A stretch of DNA of 34,458 nt from positions 1 to 34,458 of the IMG/VR virus record IMGVR_UViG_3300017707_000280; one strand, written 5' to 3'. The DNA is from a virus. Lineage: Duplodnaviria; Caudoviricetes. A program made the position numbers and the translations under genes. A model generated the notes under the pieces. It saw only the letters and a program-made list of their open reading frames with translations. It ran no database searches and had not been told where the DNA came from. Shown in pieces: positions 33,625-34,458 of the stretch (positions within the stretch are counted from its first letter, which is position 1; each line of letters starts with the position of its first letter).

Positions 33625-33948
33625 ATGGCAACAGCAAGTGCAGTTGTAACACGCAGAGGCAATGACAGTTTTCGGGGTTTGTTCTCCGATACTTGGTCAG
33701 TTGTTTGTACTTTAAATGCTGGCTCATTAGTCGATGGTGCTGGCGAAACAGATGATGTAACAGTAGCTGGTGTCGCTTTGGGTGACATGGTTCTTTGTAC
33801 ATCTTTGGCTGTGGATTTGGTTGGTTTGACTGTTACTGGCTATGTCAGTGCCGCCAATACCGTCAAGTTTCGCATTCAAAACGAGTCAGGTTCAACCGTG
33901 GACTTAGCATCAGCCACTATGGATATAGTTATTGTTCGTATGGTGTAA
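33625..33948 (+). CDS. Capsid decoration-type protein
   Basis: VTVAGVALGD..., GYVSAANTV beta-rich motif; AGGAG RBS; follows capsid gene. Confidence 0.65.
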   Translation: MATASAVVTRRGNDSFRGLFSDTWSVVCTLNAGSLVDGAGETDDVTVAGVALGDMVLCTSLAVDLVGLTVTGYVSAANTVKFRIQNESGSTVDLASATMDIVIVRMV

Positions 33949-33953
33949 AGATA

Positions 33954-33980
33954 GGGGGGCTAGTCCCCCCTTTCTCATTT
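33954..33980 (+). terminator. Hairpin / probable terminator
   Basis: GGGGGG-CTAGT-CCCCCC then TTTCTCATTT. Confidence 0.55.
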
Positions 33981-33989
33981 AAGGGTTTT

Positions 33990-34205
33990 ATGGCTACTTT
34001 TCGTTGTCTTCAATCGGGTAACACTGTGACTTTCACATATCAGCATGATATTGACTCTATGAAGGGTCATCAAGGGTATGTAAGGATAGATGAACCAGAA
34101 GTAACCATAGAATCAGTTGATTCTGAGCGTACAGATACCGCTTTTGCGCCTGTCATTCCAACAATCAAGCGTATGGGTAGACCTCGAAAGGTTGAAAATG
34201 TCTGA
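33990..34205 (+). CDS. Hypothetical protein with C-terminal AT-hook-like GRPRK
   Basis: AAGGG RBS before ATG 33990. Confidence 0.65.
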   Translation: MATFRCLQSGNTVTFTYQHDIDSMKGHQGYVRIDEPEVTIESVDSERTDTAFAPVIPTIKRMGRPRKVENV

Positions 34206-34401
34206 AATTGACGCAAGAGATTTTGGTAGGTTAGAGGCTCAAGTAGAGGCTCTACATAGTCAGGTATCTCAATTGAGTACCGATGTCAAATCATTACTTG
34301 AACTTGCCAACAAAGGCAAAGGTGGATTTTGGGTAGGTATGACTATCGCTTCATTCATGGGCGGTGTGATTACCTTTGTTGCTGATCGACTCTGGAAATA
34401 A
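34198..34401 (+). CDS. Coiled-coil plus C-terminal TM protein (holin/XhlA-like architecture)
   Basis: FGRLEAQVEAL coiled coil, KGGFWVGM TM helix; AAGG RBS. Confidence 0.7.
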   Translation: MSEIDARDFGRLEAQVEALHSQVSQLSTDVKSLLELANKGKGGFWVGMTIASFMGGVITFVADRLWK

Positions 34402-34458
34402 GGGGAATATTATGTACGGAAAAATGATGGGTGGTAAGGCCAAAGAAACTGCAAGCAA
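34336..34458. repeat. Terminal direct repeat (copy of 1-123)
   Basis: Identical to window start. Confidence 0.95.

Noticed and set aside
33540-33625. Programmed frameshift or readthrough extending the capsid protein
   Set aside because: No slippery sequence before the TAA; a terminator and a separate strong RBS follow
1-34458. Alternative genetic code or tRNA genes
   Set aside because: All core genes are intact under the standard bacterial code and I saw no cloverleaf with T-loop consensus

Overview
The window looks like a complete, circularly assembled genome of a small tailed phage with a P22-like podovirus layout. Bases 1-123 are identical to 34336-34458, so the unit length is 34,335 bp. 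The + strand late arm (22509 through the junction to 11779) carries TerS, TerL, portal, several tail-fibre/chaperone cassettes, scaffold, major capsid protein, a cluster of tiny Lys-rich proteins, adaptor, nozzle, three ejection-type proteins, and a lysis cassette. That cassette has an EF-hand holin candidate, Rz with fully embedded Rz1, and an M15A endolysin. A - strand arm (11776-16564) encodes an exonuclease, a Sak-type annealing protein, an SSB-like protein and many small genes. A + strand arm (16672-19705) encodes a YdaU/DUF1376-like initiator with iterons, a PAPS-reductase-like protein and a RuvC-like resolvase. A second - strand operon (19802-21671) of small, probably early, genes includes a truncated beta-clamp homologue. 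I found no integrase, DNA polymerase, helicase, tRNA or CRISPR array. The spanins imply a Gram-negative host, and the regulatory motifs suggest a beta/gamma-proteobacterium (inference). The most striking feature is the ~420 bp non-coding block at 21718-22135. It is packed with matches to host DNA-binding-protein sites: a sigma54 promoter with NtrC-type enhancer sites, an IHF site, Fur boxes and a cluster of SlmA (nucleoid occlusion) sites. By my manual scan the genome also lacks GCWGC everywhere except two sites inside the PAPS-reductase-like gene. All family assignments come from motif recognition by eye, not database searches.
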